DNA of 64,000 bases, taken from positions 1-64,000 of the forward strand of contig MQRK01232195.1 of the NCBI GenBank assembly GCA_001938485.1, read 5' to 3'. The position numbers and the translations under genes are program-made. Shown here in pieces: positions 1 to 13,271 of the stretch; within the stretch, counting starts at the first letter, position 1; each line of letters begins with the position of its first letter. A model generated the notes under the pieces. It worked only from the letters and a program-made list of their open reading frames with translations, did no database searches and was not told the DNA's origin. This DNA comes from Girardia tigrina. Lineage: Eukaryota.

Positions 1-1109
1 GCCAAAATAATACATCTGTTTATTTTTCAAAATCGTTTGGTTATTTTATCTCTATTGACTCCAAATGAATATAAATTTACTTTATTAAAAACAATAAGCA
101 GAAAATACGTTATTTTTTTTAAAAATTAAAATATTATTTGTGATTGTTTTTTAAACATCTTATAATAAGTATTTTTATGTGCCAAATAATCATTAATATT
201 AAGTAAATTAAATTAGTTTATAAAAAAATATATCCATGCTTTATGAAGCCAAAACTCTACTTGGTCAACAGAATTTTTCATTATCTTTTAATAAATTTAG
301 TGAGTTATTAGTAACTATTTAAATCTTTTGCAGAATGGAAAGTTTCACAAAAAAATTTACAATTCCATTTTTTGCAATTAAATAATTACTAATAACAAAA
401 TAAATTTATTATAAAATTAACCAAAACATAATATAATTTAAAAGTTTATGTTTAATTAAAAATCACTTAATGCACTTTTACCTAAAAAAATTTTACAAAT
501 TTAAAAAAAATATATAAAAAATATATCATTCAAAGAAAGATGTTTTCCGCAGATTGTGTCAACGAAATTTTGTTGTAAAGATGAGACTATTTGTGTTAAT
601 AAATGTTTTTACGCAAATTGTGGTATTGCTAATATGTTAACCACTGCTTATGTGACAACGAAAATTATGGGTTATGAATTATTCAATGAATCAGAATTGG
701 ATTTAGAATTATAAGTATATCATTAGAGAAAAATACTTATATGAAGTGTGCTTATGACACCTTTAGCAAAAAATTTTTTGAGACAGATGGTAAAAATTAT
801 AAAGAAAAATTGAAGGCAGCAAAGAAAATTCATTGAATGAAAAATCAAATTCATTGAATCGGACAAAAAAATATGATGTGTTTAATGTAACTATACCATT
901 ATTTTCGAATTAAGGAGTCAACTGTTCGAATAAAATTGTTTGTTTATGAATTCCCTATAAACATTTTATACAAAAAAATTGAAGAAATTACATAGTCACG
1001 ATGTTTCTAAATGAAGATAGAGATCGTTTAAACGTTTTTAAAACGTTTTTTACACTAAACGAAGACCGTTTAAACGTTTAGAAAATTTTAAAACGTGCCC
1101 ACGTCTAGT

Positions 1110-1270
1110 CTTGATAAAGAAAGTTAAATCATCAAAAGATGATGACCGTTATATGGGACGTGCTAAAATTATAAAGCAAAGACACGAAAGAAGTTATGAG
1201 ATACAACTAGAGGACGGCAGGATCTTGATCAGAAATGCAGAATGGCTAAAGCCATTTAAACCGAGGGGAA
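1110..1270 (+). mobile_element. Gypsy integrase C-terminal fragment plus polypurine tract
   Basis: KDDDRYMGRAKIIKQRHERSYEIQLEDGRILIRNAEWLKPF; GAGGGGAA directly before the LTR. Confidence 0.75.
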
Positions 1271-1771
1271 TGTGAGGAATATTTTAAATTGTTTGAATGT
1301 GTAAATGTATGAATGCTATATGTTGATTTAAGTATGTTGAATTTAGAATGGTGATTCTCCCATCCAGATGGAAATTGGTATTTTTTATTAAGTTTAAAGT
1401 GATTGACTATTCGAACATAATTAAAATAATCATTTTATAAGTTCATATCTTTAATTTCAGAATTAAAATTAAGTTTAATAATTTTTAGTAAAATTTAAAT
1501 TAAATGCATTTTTAATAATTTAATCTCATTTTTATTATTTTGGGATTTATTAAAAAATGGTAAAAATTAATATTTTTAATTAATATTTTTTAGAGGTTAA
1601 ATATTTTAAAAAATAATTTAGAAAAATTGTTCGAATAATCATGATTAAAAACAGAAATAAGAAAACAAATTAGAACGATGGCAAACAATGAAAGACCTTC
1701 TGAGAGTCTTAATGACTCTAAATGTAATTACAATAAAGATTTAAACGAGACTTGTTTAAAAGTTCTTAATA
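1271..1771 (+). mobile_element. 3' LTR, Gypsy family 1 (TGTGAGGAAT...GTTCTTAATA)
   Basis: Follows the PPT; similar to copies at 29303, 31212, 33804, 36445, 45100. Confidence 0.8.
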
Positions 1772-1842
1772 CCAATAAAACTTTTTCGTGCTTTGAATAA
1801 CTTCTTTATACATTGACTGGTTATATATAACTTGCGATTTGT

Positions 1843-2665
1843 TGAGGTAATAAAATAAAAATTATTTTAGAAGTAAATTTTGTTTTAATTAATAAATAAA
1901 ATAAGAATTATTTATCTATCTATTATATTAAATATTAAACATATATAAATAGTAAAAAATAAAATTAAGAAAAATGTAAATAAATAAAATTAAAACAAAA
2001 GAAGTTTACACGAAAAAAATAAACGAAGGTTTAGAAAAATAAATAAGAACAATTTAAATTTAAAAGAACAGTATATAAAGGAGACGATTGTCAAGAAAAG
2101 ATGCCCTTCTTTATATAACTAAAAGTGAAAGCTGGAAAGAAAACCGTAATTGTCAGTTATCAATCTTAATTATTTAAAAGGAAAGCTAAAGAATAAAGTT
2201 CAGCTTGTGTTATATGAAGGATCGACTTACCTGATTAGATATTCAAACGGATTGATTATCTATTCAAATCAGTCGAATACTTAATTACAAACATCGAATA
2301 TAAAAAACTGAAGTCGACAAAAGCCGAAAAACAAATTGAATATTTGTCCGAGCACGAAACAGAATAATTACGAAAGATTTGACTCAAAATACTGCGTGAA
2401 AATTGGATCGAAAAGTCCGTATTGATCTATAATACAAAGAGCGAATATAGATAATTTATATATTTTATTTAATTATATTTTAAAATCACCCGGTGAAAAT
2501 ACAAGTACTTCACCACCTATCTAATTTCTAAATTCCTGAAATTTAAGATTTAAGCTCTTTTTACTTAATCTTGTAAATTGTAAATATTAAATACATATTT
2601 TTGAAAAATAATGTTGCGTTTTGTTTTCTTTTTCATAAAAAAATAATAAATCACCTCGATTTCTA
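1843..2665 (+). mobile_element. Probable solo LTR, family 2
   Basis: Similar to 40297-40965 (TATAAAAGG box, ...TCACCTCGAT end); boundaries approximate. Confidence 0.45.
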
Positions 2666-3327
2666 TTGAAATTATTGGATATTTATTTGAATAATTTGAA
2701 TTTTAAGCTTTGTTAAACATGCTGGTGAAAAATCTTAATTAACAAAAAACTCTATCTGCAAAAACCTACATTCACCATGTTAATTGTTGATTATTACAAT
2801 AGATGTCCCTGGAAACATTCATTTATTCTTTCCATTACTTGTTATATAGTTATAAATTCCGTTCATTTCTATAATAATATTTTAATTTCATACTTTAAAA
2901 TTTATTATATTGCATAAATAAAATTTTATACTTACGATTAATTGATAAATATTTATGTATACTAAATTTAGTCTATTACAGTGTCATTTAATAAAAATTC
3001 ATTAGACATTCAAAATTTTTATCGTAAGATAAAAAATTTGATAAATATTTGCATAAAATTAAGCAACTGAAAAACTGAACAAAAGAATTATAGATAATTT
3101 ACATATACGGGATAAAAGAAAATAATTTTAAAAGTAAAATAAGAAAATATATTTAAGTAAATAATCGAATTAGTCTTTTCACATTTGTTAATGTGACGTT
3201 TGTTTTAAACTTTCATTGAAATATTTGAATTTACAACTGTCATTATTCAACATTGTTTACAATCGAATATTAATTTATCGATTCAAAATTGTATCGAATC
3301 AAAAATTGTATTTTGAATTTAAATTAA

Positions 3328-3397
3328 ATGACATCTGAAAATAATAATATCAAATTTTCCATTTCGGATTTTATTAAAATTGAAAAGATCGGAGAAG
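3328..3397 (+). CDS. CDK1: Cyclin-dependent kinase 1, exon 1
   Basis: ATG 3328 reads MTSENNNIKFSISDFIKIEKIGEG; GT donor at 3398; 60-nt intron (contains in-frame TGA) ends with AG at 3457. Confidence 0.9.
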
Positions 3398-3457
3398 GTA
3401 AAAATTTTCGTCGATGTTGACATGTTTGGAATTAATAAAAATGATTGATTTCCAAAG

Positions 3458-3614
3458 GCACTTACGGAGTCGTTTACAAAGGCAGAAATAAAAAGACCGG
3501 GGATCTTGCTGCACTGAAAAAAATCCGTTTAGAAAACGACGAAGATGGTGTTCCATCTACTGCGATAAGAGAGATCTCCCTCCTCAAAGAACTGATCCAT
3601 CCAAATATCGTCAC
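3458..3614 (+). CDS. CDK1: Cyclin-dependent kinase 1, exon 2
   Basis: (G)[51 protein letters not shown]: Gly-loop with T14/Y15 equivalents and perfect PSTAIRE; GT at 3615. Confidence 0.95.
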
Positions 3615-5591
3615 GTAGTTTATGCACAATTAAATGCTGACATAAAATTCCGTTTGTTCGTCCAAACTAAAATTAAGTTTCTTATTTTGCCTATATTTCT
3701 GGTGTAAAATGATATTCTAAAATTAAAATTCTTTTTAAGGAATAATGTATTCGGTTGATAAGAAAGTTCTTATGCTTTTTATAAATGCTAAGGTTTTTCA
3801 AATTTTAAAGTGAAAGTTGAAAAATTCAAAAGGTGGTTGAAGAAGGTTACACGTTATCTTATTAGTATTAACAAAATCAATATGATTTTTCGAACATTTA
3901 TTAATATCACAAATCAAATTGTTATTTCAACAATTATTCAAACCACTTTCGCTATTCGATATTCTTTCTTGATTACTATTTCTTAGATTCATCCTAATTT
4001 TTGAAAACAATGTAAAATATTTATATTATTAATTAATTATCAAATTTCTAATTGGTTAAAATCAAATCTAAACATTAAAAAACTAGAATTAAATTAGTAT
4101 ATTAAGATTTTAAATTACATCAAAAATTAAAATTTTAAGTATTACTTTTAAATTATTTATTATTATTTTAAATTATTTATTAAATTATTATATTTATATT
4201 TAATAACTTTTAAATTATTTAAATAACTATACTTTAAAATTAAATTATTTTCAATTATTAAGAATCAAAGAAAATACCAAAGAAATCCAAATTAACATAC
4301 AACATTCAAAATATAAAACAAAAAAACAATTCAAAACATTCGTTACAGTCACAATATTGATTTCATTGCATAGCTCGCTCTCACTAAGGACTTCTACACA
4401 AAGAGATTTCTTTATCAAAATCGGTGATTCAAGCGCTTAGTCTTTACAAATTCAAGTCAGTATTAAATGCTTCAGAATCAACTTTGTAGAAAAAACCTTA
4501 TCATTTGGAAATGCCCCACATTGTTTGTAACGCTTTCGATCAGGTCGACTGTCGGATTTTGATGACGAAAGATTGCATCAACTTGATATAGAAGACTCAC
4601 ATGTTAATAAATAAATATGATGATGATTATTTTAATTAGTTTTGGTGATTCTTCATTAATACATAAGCTCTTGTTAATAAATACTTTTTTGTTTCACTTG
4701 TTTGATTAATCAAAAATTCCAAGTACTTTCTTATAAACCCAATACTACCTCTATTCAAAAATGATTGCTTCATTTGACATTTTTTGCTTATAGAGATTTT
4801 AAATATTTTGAACCGTCAGATTATTCAGGCAATTTTAAAATGTTAATAACAACTTCAAAATTCAATTAATCTATATTAATGAATAAATATATAATAATAT
4901 TTTAATAAAAATATTTTACATCTATTAGAAAGCGATTAAAAATATTTTAATAGTATATTATAACGTCAAGATTTATTTAATCATAAATAATATATTTAAA
5001 ATAATGACAGGTATTTTCGAAAATAATTTAAAATTATTTTAGTTAAAAATCATAATTTAAATTCTTTCAAATAATTAGAGATTTAGAAATTGAATTAAAA
5101 CATTTGTCAATCTAGAACTATGTCTAACTACGAAAGTTTTGTAGAGAATTGTCGTGGATGCAATTCGAGTTGTGATGTAAATAAAAGTATTTGAAATCAT
5201 ATTAGTGTTCTTAATTGTCTGTACATCAATAATGTATATCGTAAATCAGAATCAAGAATTCTTACTTTAAAATAAAAATTTTAATATAAAAAAATTAATA
5301 TAATATTAACAATATTTAATATTTATATTTAATATTTTTATATTTATTAATATTTAATATTTAATATAAAAAATTTAATATAAAAATTTTACTCTTCTGT
5401 CAATACAGTATTTAATCCTTAATACGGATACGGAGATAACGGTATGTATCTTTAACCATTCATAAGACAGAAAAAAATTTGCACTTAAGTTCGTGTGATT
5501 AAAATTGACCCAATAATTTTATGATTGAAATTATATACAAAACATGAAACAGATAGCATCAAGATGTAAACTATTTAATATAAACGTTTAA

Positions 5592-5824
5592 CCCTTAAAT
5601 GCATGATTTTTTATTTTTTCATGAAATATTTTTTTCTGTTTATATTATTTTGACGTTTATATCAATATTGGCGGGAGTTTTGACATGTTTTGTTATAATC
5701 GTCATAGACAAAAAATGTACAAAGATAATTTATTTACAAAGGACAGCAATTATTTACACAAACTGGATGCATGGCACTTTCAAACGTTTGTTGTATCATT
5801 TTTGATACAAGATGCATTCAAGGG
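5592..5824. mobile_element. piggyBac-type MITE
   Basis: TTAA TSD on both sides; TIRs CCCTTAAATGCAT / ATGCATTCAAGGG. Confidence 0.85.
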
Positions 5825-5859
5825 TTAATTGTCAATATTCAAGTAATTGACACAGAAAA

Positions 5860-6830
5860 TTTGACATGTTCGGGACAAAAAACTTTCACGATCTTTGACG
5901 GATATACATGCTTTTTTGTTTTATCTCTAGGCCATTTATCACAACTATAAAATTTTTTCAGAACTTCAGTTTTTCTCTGTACCTTTGAACTATTTTGCTT
6001 TTGTTAAATGATTACTCAAGGTATTTGGTTGAAATCGTAACTTCTGTAAATCTTGGCAAAGGCTTTTCTCATCTTTCATTGGATTATGTCAATCGGTAAT
6101 GAGATTTTTGTGGAGAACGAAAGATTTTATAAGATTCTTCACAACATCGTAAGAAAGATTTGTTGCACGATTATCACCATCATTCTCCTTTTAAAGATAC
6201 TTATTACATTTATTCACATACTTTGATTCTGCATCGTAACACATCCACAATTCGATTTCTCATATGGCGGGTTTAGACGGTAAATACTTAATAAAAACCA
6301 CACCACCATCTAAATGGAGATAACCTTTCATATATTTTCAAATGATAATCAGGCACTATTGTTCGTGCAGGGTTATAACAAATTAATTCCCAGAGTTCAT
6401 TGATTGGAGCCTCTTTGTCGAAACATCACCTTTAATGTCTTGATATCATATCATCAAAACGCAAAAATCTTCTGATAGATTTTATTTTGTTTAATGACGT
6501 CGTTGGTGGAAAATCAATACGCCCATTCCTACTCCATAGTTCCACCGTACCTTCACTTGACGCCCGGCACACACCACGGAGAATAAGTATTCCAAGTGCT
6601 CATTTCTACTGGAGTAATATCCATATATTTCTGATCAGTTCTTTGAGCTTCAAAATTGGTATACTGCATAACTATATCAAAGATTCTTGATAATGGTCTT
6701 GATAAACTAGACCATGAAAGTGTCTACGACGATGTGTTCTTCAGAAACATTATTGAACCTGGCTTTCGTCTAATTCTATTATGTAACAATGTTTGGCATG
6801 AAGCTGCTGAATAAGTGCTCGAATAAGTGA
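5860..6830 (-). mobile_element. Degenerate piggyBac transposase
   Basis: Minus-strand LRFDD and YLPSKPA...IELWMCYDA motifs; many stops and frameshifts. Confidence 0.7.
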
Positions 6831-7141
6831 TTCACTTACAGACATCTAGGCTTTACAATTATACATTGTTATTTACAATTAGCTATGAAATTTCTAGGAC
6901 TGGAATTTCTGGTTATTCAAAAAAGTTATTTAAGAATTATAATTTGGTTTATTAAATTTTATACGAACCTATTTACTAAGTTTAATTCAATAACTATTAT
7001 ATTTTTCCTAACTTAAAATATTAATTAAATTCTCAAATCTAATTTTAATTTAAGAAATAGTTATATGTTACTTCAAACGGGACTTTTGTCACAAGTGAAA
7101 AAATATATATTTTTAAAATCTCCAATTGTGAATATATTCAG

Positions 7142-7433
7142 TTTGAAACAAAGTATGATGCAAGACGGAAAATTGTTTCTCGTATTCGAGTACCTAAATA
7201 TGGATCTGCGGCGGTATCTTGACAATCTGGAGACCAATATGGACGCGATGGTTGTGAAATGTTTTGTTTATCAGATTCTCCAGGGACTATTGTTTTGCCA
7301 CTTGCGCCGGGTCATTCACAGAGATCTTAAACCACAAAATCTGTTGGTTGATTCAACTGGCACGATTATAAAATTGGCAGACTTTGGACTCGCTAGGACC
7401 TTTGGTGTGCCGGTGAAGGCTCTTACGCACGAG
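7142..7433 (+). CDS. CDK1: Cyclin-dependent kinase 1, exon 3
   Basis: AG at 7140-41, phase matches exon 2; [30 protein letters not shown]; GT at 7434. Confidence 0.95.
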
Positions 7434-7752
7434 GTTTATCATAATTATTGGAATTATCAATAACTTTTTAATCTCGTTTTGAATTTTTTTGAATTTATTT
7501 TTTCTATTTTCATGTTTTTACATGATTTTTATTAGTTTTCTAAAATAAATTAAATTAATTTACATTTACAAATAATTAATCTTGATTTTTCTTTTTTATA
7601 TCTATTTACTGTGTAAAAAATTACATTAACAAATTATGTTTTTTTTCTAAAAATCATGACAAAATATTTAAAATATAATTAAGGAATTTAAAAAACGATG
7701 GTAAATTATATTCTTCGTTTAAAAAATCCGAACGCCATTTTGTAAAATACAT

Positions 7753-7800
7753 TGTTATTTATTTCGGCGGATTACCGGCCATCTTCAGACTAAATTAACA
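7753..7800 (-). ncRNA. Degenerate Penelope-type hammerhead ribozyme
   Basis: CUGAAGA-U-GGC(C)GG/UAAU/CCGCC-GAAA with flanking stem I; stem III and cleavage triplet appear deleted. Confidence 0.45.
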
Positions 7801-10800
7801 TTAGTTTTTGACCTTATGAAAATGTTGCAAGGAATGTTTTAACATAGCTCCCAAATGGGTGCCCAGTCATTGATTAATAGATGAAGTGGGCACTCACCTA
7901 GAATATTCCGTGGTGTAGCTCCATCTTCCTCCACCTCCAGATGTAACTGATTTATCGGATAAGTAAACTTTAGAGATAAATTTTATCCTTCTTTATCGCT
8001 CGCTCCCCAATTTTGACTCTTACTTTTTGCAGCACGGCAAATAGACTGATTCATAAACTCATTATTATGATGATAATCACAGTCCCATTTTTATAGATCA
8101 AGTTGTGACTGTGCACGTATACAGTGGTCAACCAGAGTTATTAATTGAAGGGTATCAATACTAAAAGTTATTTCCCGTATGGTTTGAAAAAGATGCATTT
8201 CAGAAAAATAGGTTTCATTTTCACGACATTGTCAATTTTTTATTCTGTAAATCGATTTTATTTTTTAAACGATTGTTACGCATATAAATAGAAACCTTAA
8301 AACATATGTTGGGGCCAGTGAGTTTTTCATTCACCTCATCCTCGGACCTATTCATTGCACCGGCACCGTGGTGAGCAAAGGAAAAACTCTCAGAATCTAA
8401 AAAACTAAAAATAAAATATTATAATTTATAATTAATTAATTAAAAAAGAGATACTTTTAATTGGTTTTGACCTTTGGATCCTGTCGCTTTGAATATTTTC
8501 TTCTGAGAATTTGATGGCCTGATTTGTTGACGTGGGTTTGATCGGAATTTTGACCATCTCCAGGTTGTTTCGATTTGAGGAATGTTGACTTAGTGATGGT
8601 TGATTTAAGATTGATTGTGAGAATTGTCCGGTTATGTGTTTTGTGAAATTTTTGTGTAAAGGAAAACTGTATAAATTCATCCGAATTTGTGCACCTGATC
8701 AGACTTTTTCATTGAATAAATTTTATTAAAAAAATTTTTTTTTGAACTTAGGTATTTTTTAGATTTTATTTCTTTTTTTTGAAGTTGATGGAGGTTGGTG
8801 AACATCCTCAAGGCTGCCGATCTGTCGATAGATAACGGTAGGGGCTTATAGTTCCTGCCGAAACTATTGACGATCAGGTAGGGAATATGAAAATGATTCA
8901 TCCGAGGTTAAATGAATCATGAAAATGATTCAGGTTTTGAGGTAATTTGATGACTGCCGATCTGTTAATAGATTAACGACAGGTGCATATAGTGCCTGCC
9001 GAGACTATTGATGATCTGGTAGTTTGAGGAAGTCCTTTCCAAGTTTCATTTCTAGAAGACAATTCGTTTCTTTCAGCCTCCTTTTTGTGTATTTGTTTTT
9101 TTAATTTGTTTTTAATTATAATCCACTCATCGTCATTATTCAGCATGAATAGAAAAATTAATGAAAGCAAAGAGCAATGTATAAAACCTCCCACCTATCA
9201 AAATCAATTTTATGACAGAGGAGTTGTTTTACACGATAATAAAAAAAATTACCAAGCTGACTTAATGATTCAATTAGGTCAACTTAATAATCTCAAATAA
9301 AAAAGAATGAATATAATAAATAATCTGTATAATATTAGTAACGAAATTACAATACCGAAACTAACAATAAAACGTATGATTATCACAGTAAGGACAAATA
9401 AAATAAATATAGTTACTTTCCGACCGATAATTAACTAATAACGGAATATTATCTGTCTCTGTAGAAATGAAAGTTTCGGTTTACAATTAATTGGTATTGA
9501 TAAATTTTGCTTGAATAATCACAAGAAGTTATAGAGTTGAAAATTCTTTAGTTGATAATACTTTTTTGTTTTTTTTTTAATTAATAGGTGTTATATCTTT
9601 AACTCGTATGAATCGGATCTTGGATTTAAATTGAACTTGATTTGAACTCGAATTAATGTGAATATGAATTAAATCGGAGGGTAAAATTGAAATATTAGTG
9701 TTGTCGGTGGAATAATGTAATAATGTAGTTGGAGAAGTGGATAAATTAATTTAATTTCGTAGACAGGTAATTAATGCCAATTCGATTATCCAAATATTGA
9801 TTGCAAATTTCAATTAAATTCAAATCGCAATTATTTGGATGATCAAACTAACATAATATATAATTTTCTTTTTTTTGACATTATTTTAAATTTTCTTTAT
9901 TCTTTTTTTGACAGTTAAGTAATTTACTTCTTCAGTAATCTCGTAGACTACTCGACTTAAAGACAAATAAAAACAATGAAATAAAATAAAATAAAATCAC
10001 ATCAACTCATACCACGTCACCAGTGTTGTACAGCCGTATAAGATATGACACACACACACAAAAGAACATAAAAAATCGAAGAATATAAGTACAAACAAAA
10101 CCCGCTTCCTTTAACAAAAGTGAGGTATAACAAGCAACAAAGAGAACTGCTGCTAGAGTTGCAGAAATGGAAAGGAGAATGTGCCAAGCTGAATGACGAA
10201 CTGACGAAGAGGTCAACCGAATTTGAGTACTACAGAAAGCATTCAGTTCCTCTATCAATTCATAAACTGGTGTGGATAAATATTTTTTAGGACAACAAAA
10301 AATAAAGTCTTTACAAAACGAGGTCACTGAGATGAGAATTCAGCAAGAAGGTGATCGAAAAAGTCTCAGACGAGCAACCGGAGTTGATTCTAGTCACAGC
10401 AAACAAGATTGGGTTGATCGGAAAAGAAACCTCTGGTGATGAACCCAAACATTTATGGGTCAATTATGAAAGAAGATATGGCATCATCTTCCTCTGGAGT
10501 GCTCAGCAGATCCCAGAAGTGGCGTGAGCAGAGTAAGCGAAAAGCTCAAATGTTTCAACAGGTCAAGAGTGAGCTGCAAACTGTTTTTAAAACCAGTCGT
10601 ATTGAGGTTGACGTCCAAGATGGAAAGACTGTAATCAGAAATGACATCACTCAAAGAGAGTCTTCTGATTTTGATACCTCTAATCAAATTTCGTTGTTTT
10701 CCCCAACAAATAATTTCCAAGAGACTATAGAACAACAAGAATGGCTGGACCTCAAGTCAAAACTTGAAATTCATAAGGAGAATCGTGACCGTCTACAGTT

Positions 10801-11529
10801 CCGCTCTATCACAACTGGTAAAGGTGAAGAGTTTGTAAATCTATCAGATTTGGATGACTAAAGACGATGGGTGGATTGCTTTTGATTAGCATTTACTTTT
10901 GTTTTCTTGTTATATTTTAATAAAACAATGTCTACATATAATTTGTTCATGTTCTTTTAACTTTAATTTCTGGTTTGAAAATGATAAAATCATGATAAGA
11001 AATATAATAATCAAATCAAAAGAAGCATATTGAGAAAAAATAAGATAATCATTAATTAAATAGAAGTAGCATAAGTCAACTTTCATAGACCTAATATATT
11101 TAAATATAATGTAGAACCCAATAGGTACTTCATCAACTTCACTGGCGAGATCAAAGGGCCAGATGGGGTTGATTGGGTACGATATGGATCACTAATAAGT
11201 GTGAGTTAGAGACACTTAGCGGAGAGACATATCCAGATAATATGTTGGGTCAAATTGCAACACTCACAGTACAAAAATTAATAAAATTAAAATAATATAA
11301 AACCCAACACATATATAAATGAAAAATCATCATTTACATTATACAAAGCCGCGTGAGTTAATGCTAATTCATACACAATTTTATTCCTAAGAATTCACAG
11401 AAAGATCTGGTGAAGAATGCTGTAGAAAGAAAAGAAATTACGGAATAAAATAAATTATAAAACTATTCTTTATGGAATGTCGAGAATTGTCAGAGGTTAT
11501 AATATTTGCAAGTGTTGTTGTTGCCAAAC

Positions 11530-11770
11530 ATTGCTCGAGACTATTACAAGTTAAATGTAAGCCATTCCAAAATTAGAAGAAAATATTAAAAGACTAGAAG
11601 TCTTAAGTTGTAAAATAAGAATCACTACAGTTCAAAGAAAAAGAGACTTGTCTGGGAAAGGTAATACAAGAATTTCACATAGAAGACTGATCCAAGGTTA
11701 TCTTCTCCAATGAAACAAAAATTTATCCCTTTTCTCAAGATAAAAGGATAACGATTAAAGGGAGGAGTAA
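11530..11770 (+). mobile_element. Tc1-like transposase fragment
   Basis: QRKKRLVW...ED*SKVIFSNETKI resembles Tc1 RLxWA...W.KVIFSDE. Confidence 0.6.
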
Positions 11771-12191
11771 TCAAAATCCCCTTGATGTGTACCAAAACGC
11801 ATTAAAATTTACAACTTCAATTTCCAATTATTTATTAAATAATTTGGAAAATGATGATCAGTTAAATAATAATATTAATTAAGAGAATGAAAGGAAAATT
11901 GGATTGCTCTTAATAATAAAACAAGCGAAAAAATGGATTACATAATATTTATATTAAAAAATAAAAGTAGTTTTTTCATTGTCTTTCGTCTAGGGATGAC
12001 TGGTTATCCGTCGAAATTACTAACAAAAAAGTTGTGAATAATGTCATTGTTTTTTTAACTAGCTTATATAATAATATAGTAGAAAAAATATTAATTCATA
12101 TTTCTCAAAAACATACTTTAAAATATTTTAATGTTATTAAATGAATACTTTTCAAGTTTAAGCATGATTTATGATGCTTTATTAATTGTAG

Positions 12192-13237
12192 TACATTAAA
12201 AGAGCCAACTCAAAAGAGCCAAAGTCAAAAGATCCAACAAAAATAATATAAATAACTTGGAAATTTTTGCAATTTAAAGGAATAATTTATTTACTGGTGC
12301 AATTTGAAGGATCATTTTATTTACTTGACCAAATAAATTTTATTAAACAAAATTTTGTTTAAAGGCTACCTTTAAAAGCTACAGGTGCATGTAAGACAGA
12401 ATGATACTGTAGTAAATCCAAAACCACATGATCATGATCACGACGTAGCCAAAATTGAGATTCAAGAAGATAGCAATAACTGGCTTTACAAAGAAACTCA
12501 ATGTCACGATGCATTACGTCAGTTGATTGCAGAAACCTTGGTTGGTATGTCGGAAGCAGCAATGGGAAAGCTTTCGAACCGCTAGTTATACTCGTAATGT
12601 ACATAATACGAGAAAGTAAAATAATTCAAATCCAAGGATTCCATATAGTCTAGCGGATCTTGCAATAATTGCAACTCCTGGTGATTTAAAGAAAACTTTT
12701 GACGGAGCAGATGTTTTGCTCTACAGTAATATCAAAGAAGGAATAAGGATGTTCTCAACCCAGACCAGTCTCAGCTTACTTTCTCAAGCTGTAAACTGGT
12801 ACATGGATGTTAATTTTTGTAGTGACCCAGTCAATTATTATATATAAATTATATATAGTAAATTATATATAAAATTATATATACATTGCAAAGTAAAATC
12901 TATATAATAGGGATAAAAACAGGACGACGCGTTTCGAGATAATAAAAATCCCATCATCAGGTCACAAATTACACTACGCAAGTACACTATATGGNNNNNN
13001 NNNNNNNNNNNNNNNNNNNNNNNNNNNNNNNNNNNNNNNNNNNNNNNNNNNNNNNNNNNNNNNNNNNNNNNNNNNNNNNNNNNNNNNNNNNNNNNNNNNN
13101 NNNNNNNNNNNAATCTCATTCTCGCAAACCAACCATTGGCAGCTATCAATTGCCATTTGAGAAAACGATGTTTTCTCTATCGTTCCGTACTTTACAAGGT
13201 AACGGAGACATATGATAAAGATGACAACTATATAAAG

Positions 13238-13271
<34 letters not shown>

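Noticed and set aside
1020-1110. Helitron 3' end (hairpin plus CTAG)
   Set aside because: The hairpin abuts CTAG, and the AAACGTTT subrepeats fit a MITE terminus better; not assignable.
3398-3457. In-frame retention of the 60-nt CDK1 intron
   Set aside because: It contains an in-frame TGA and would split the Gly-rich loop.
8811-9021. CRISPR-like repeat-spacer array
   Set aside because: Only two 70-nt repeats, eukaryotic context, no cas genes.
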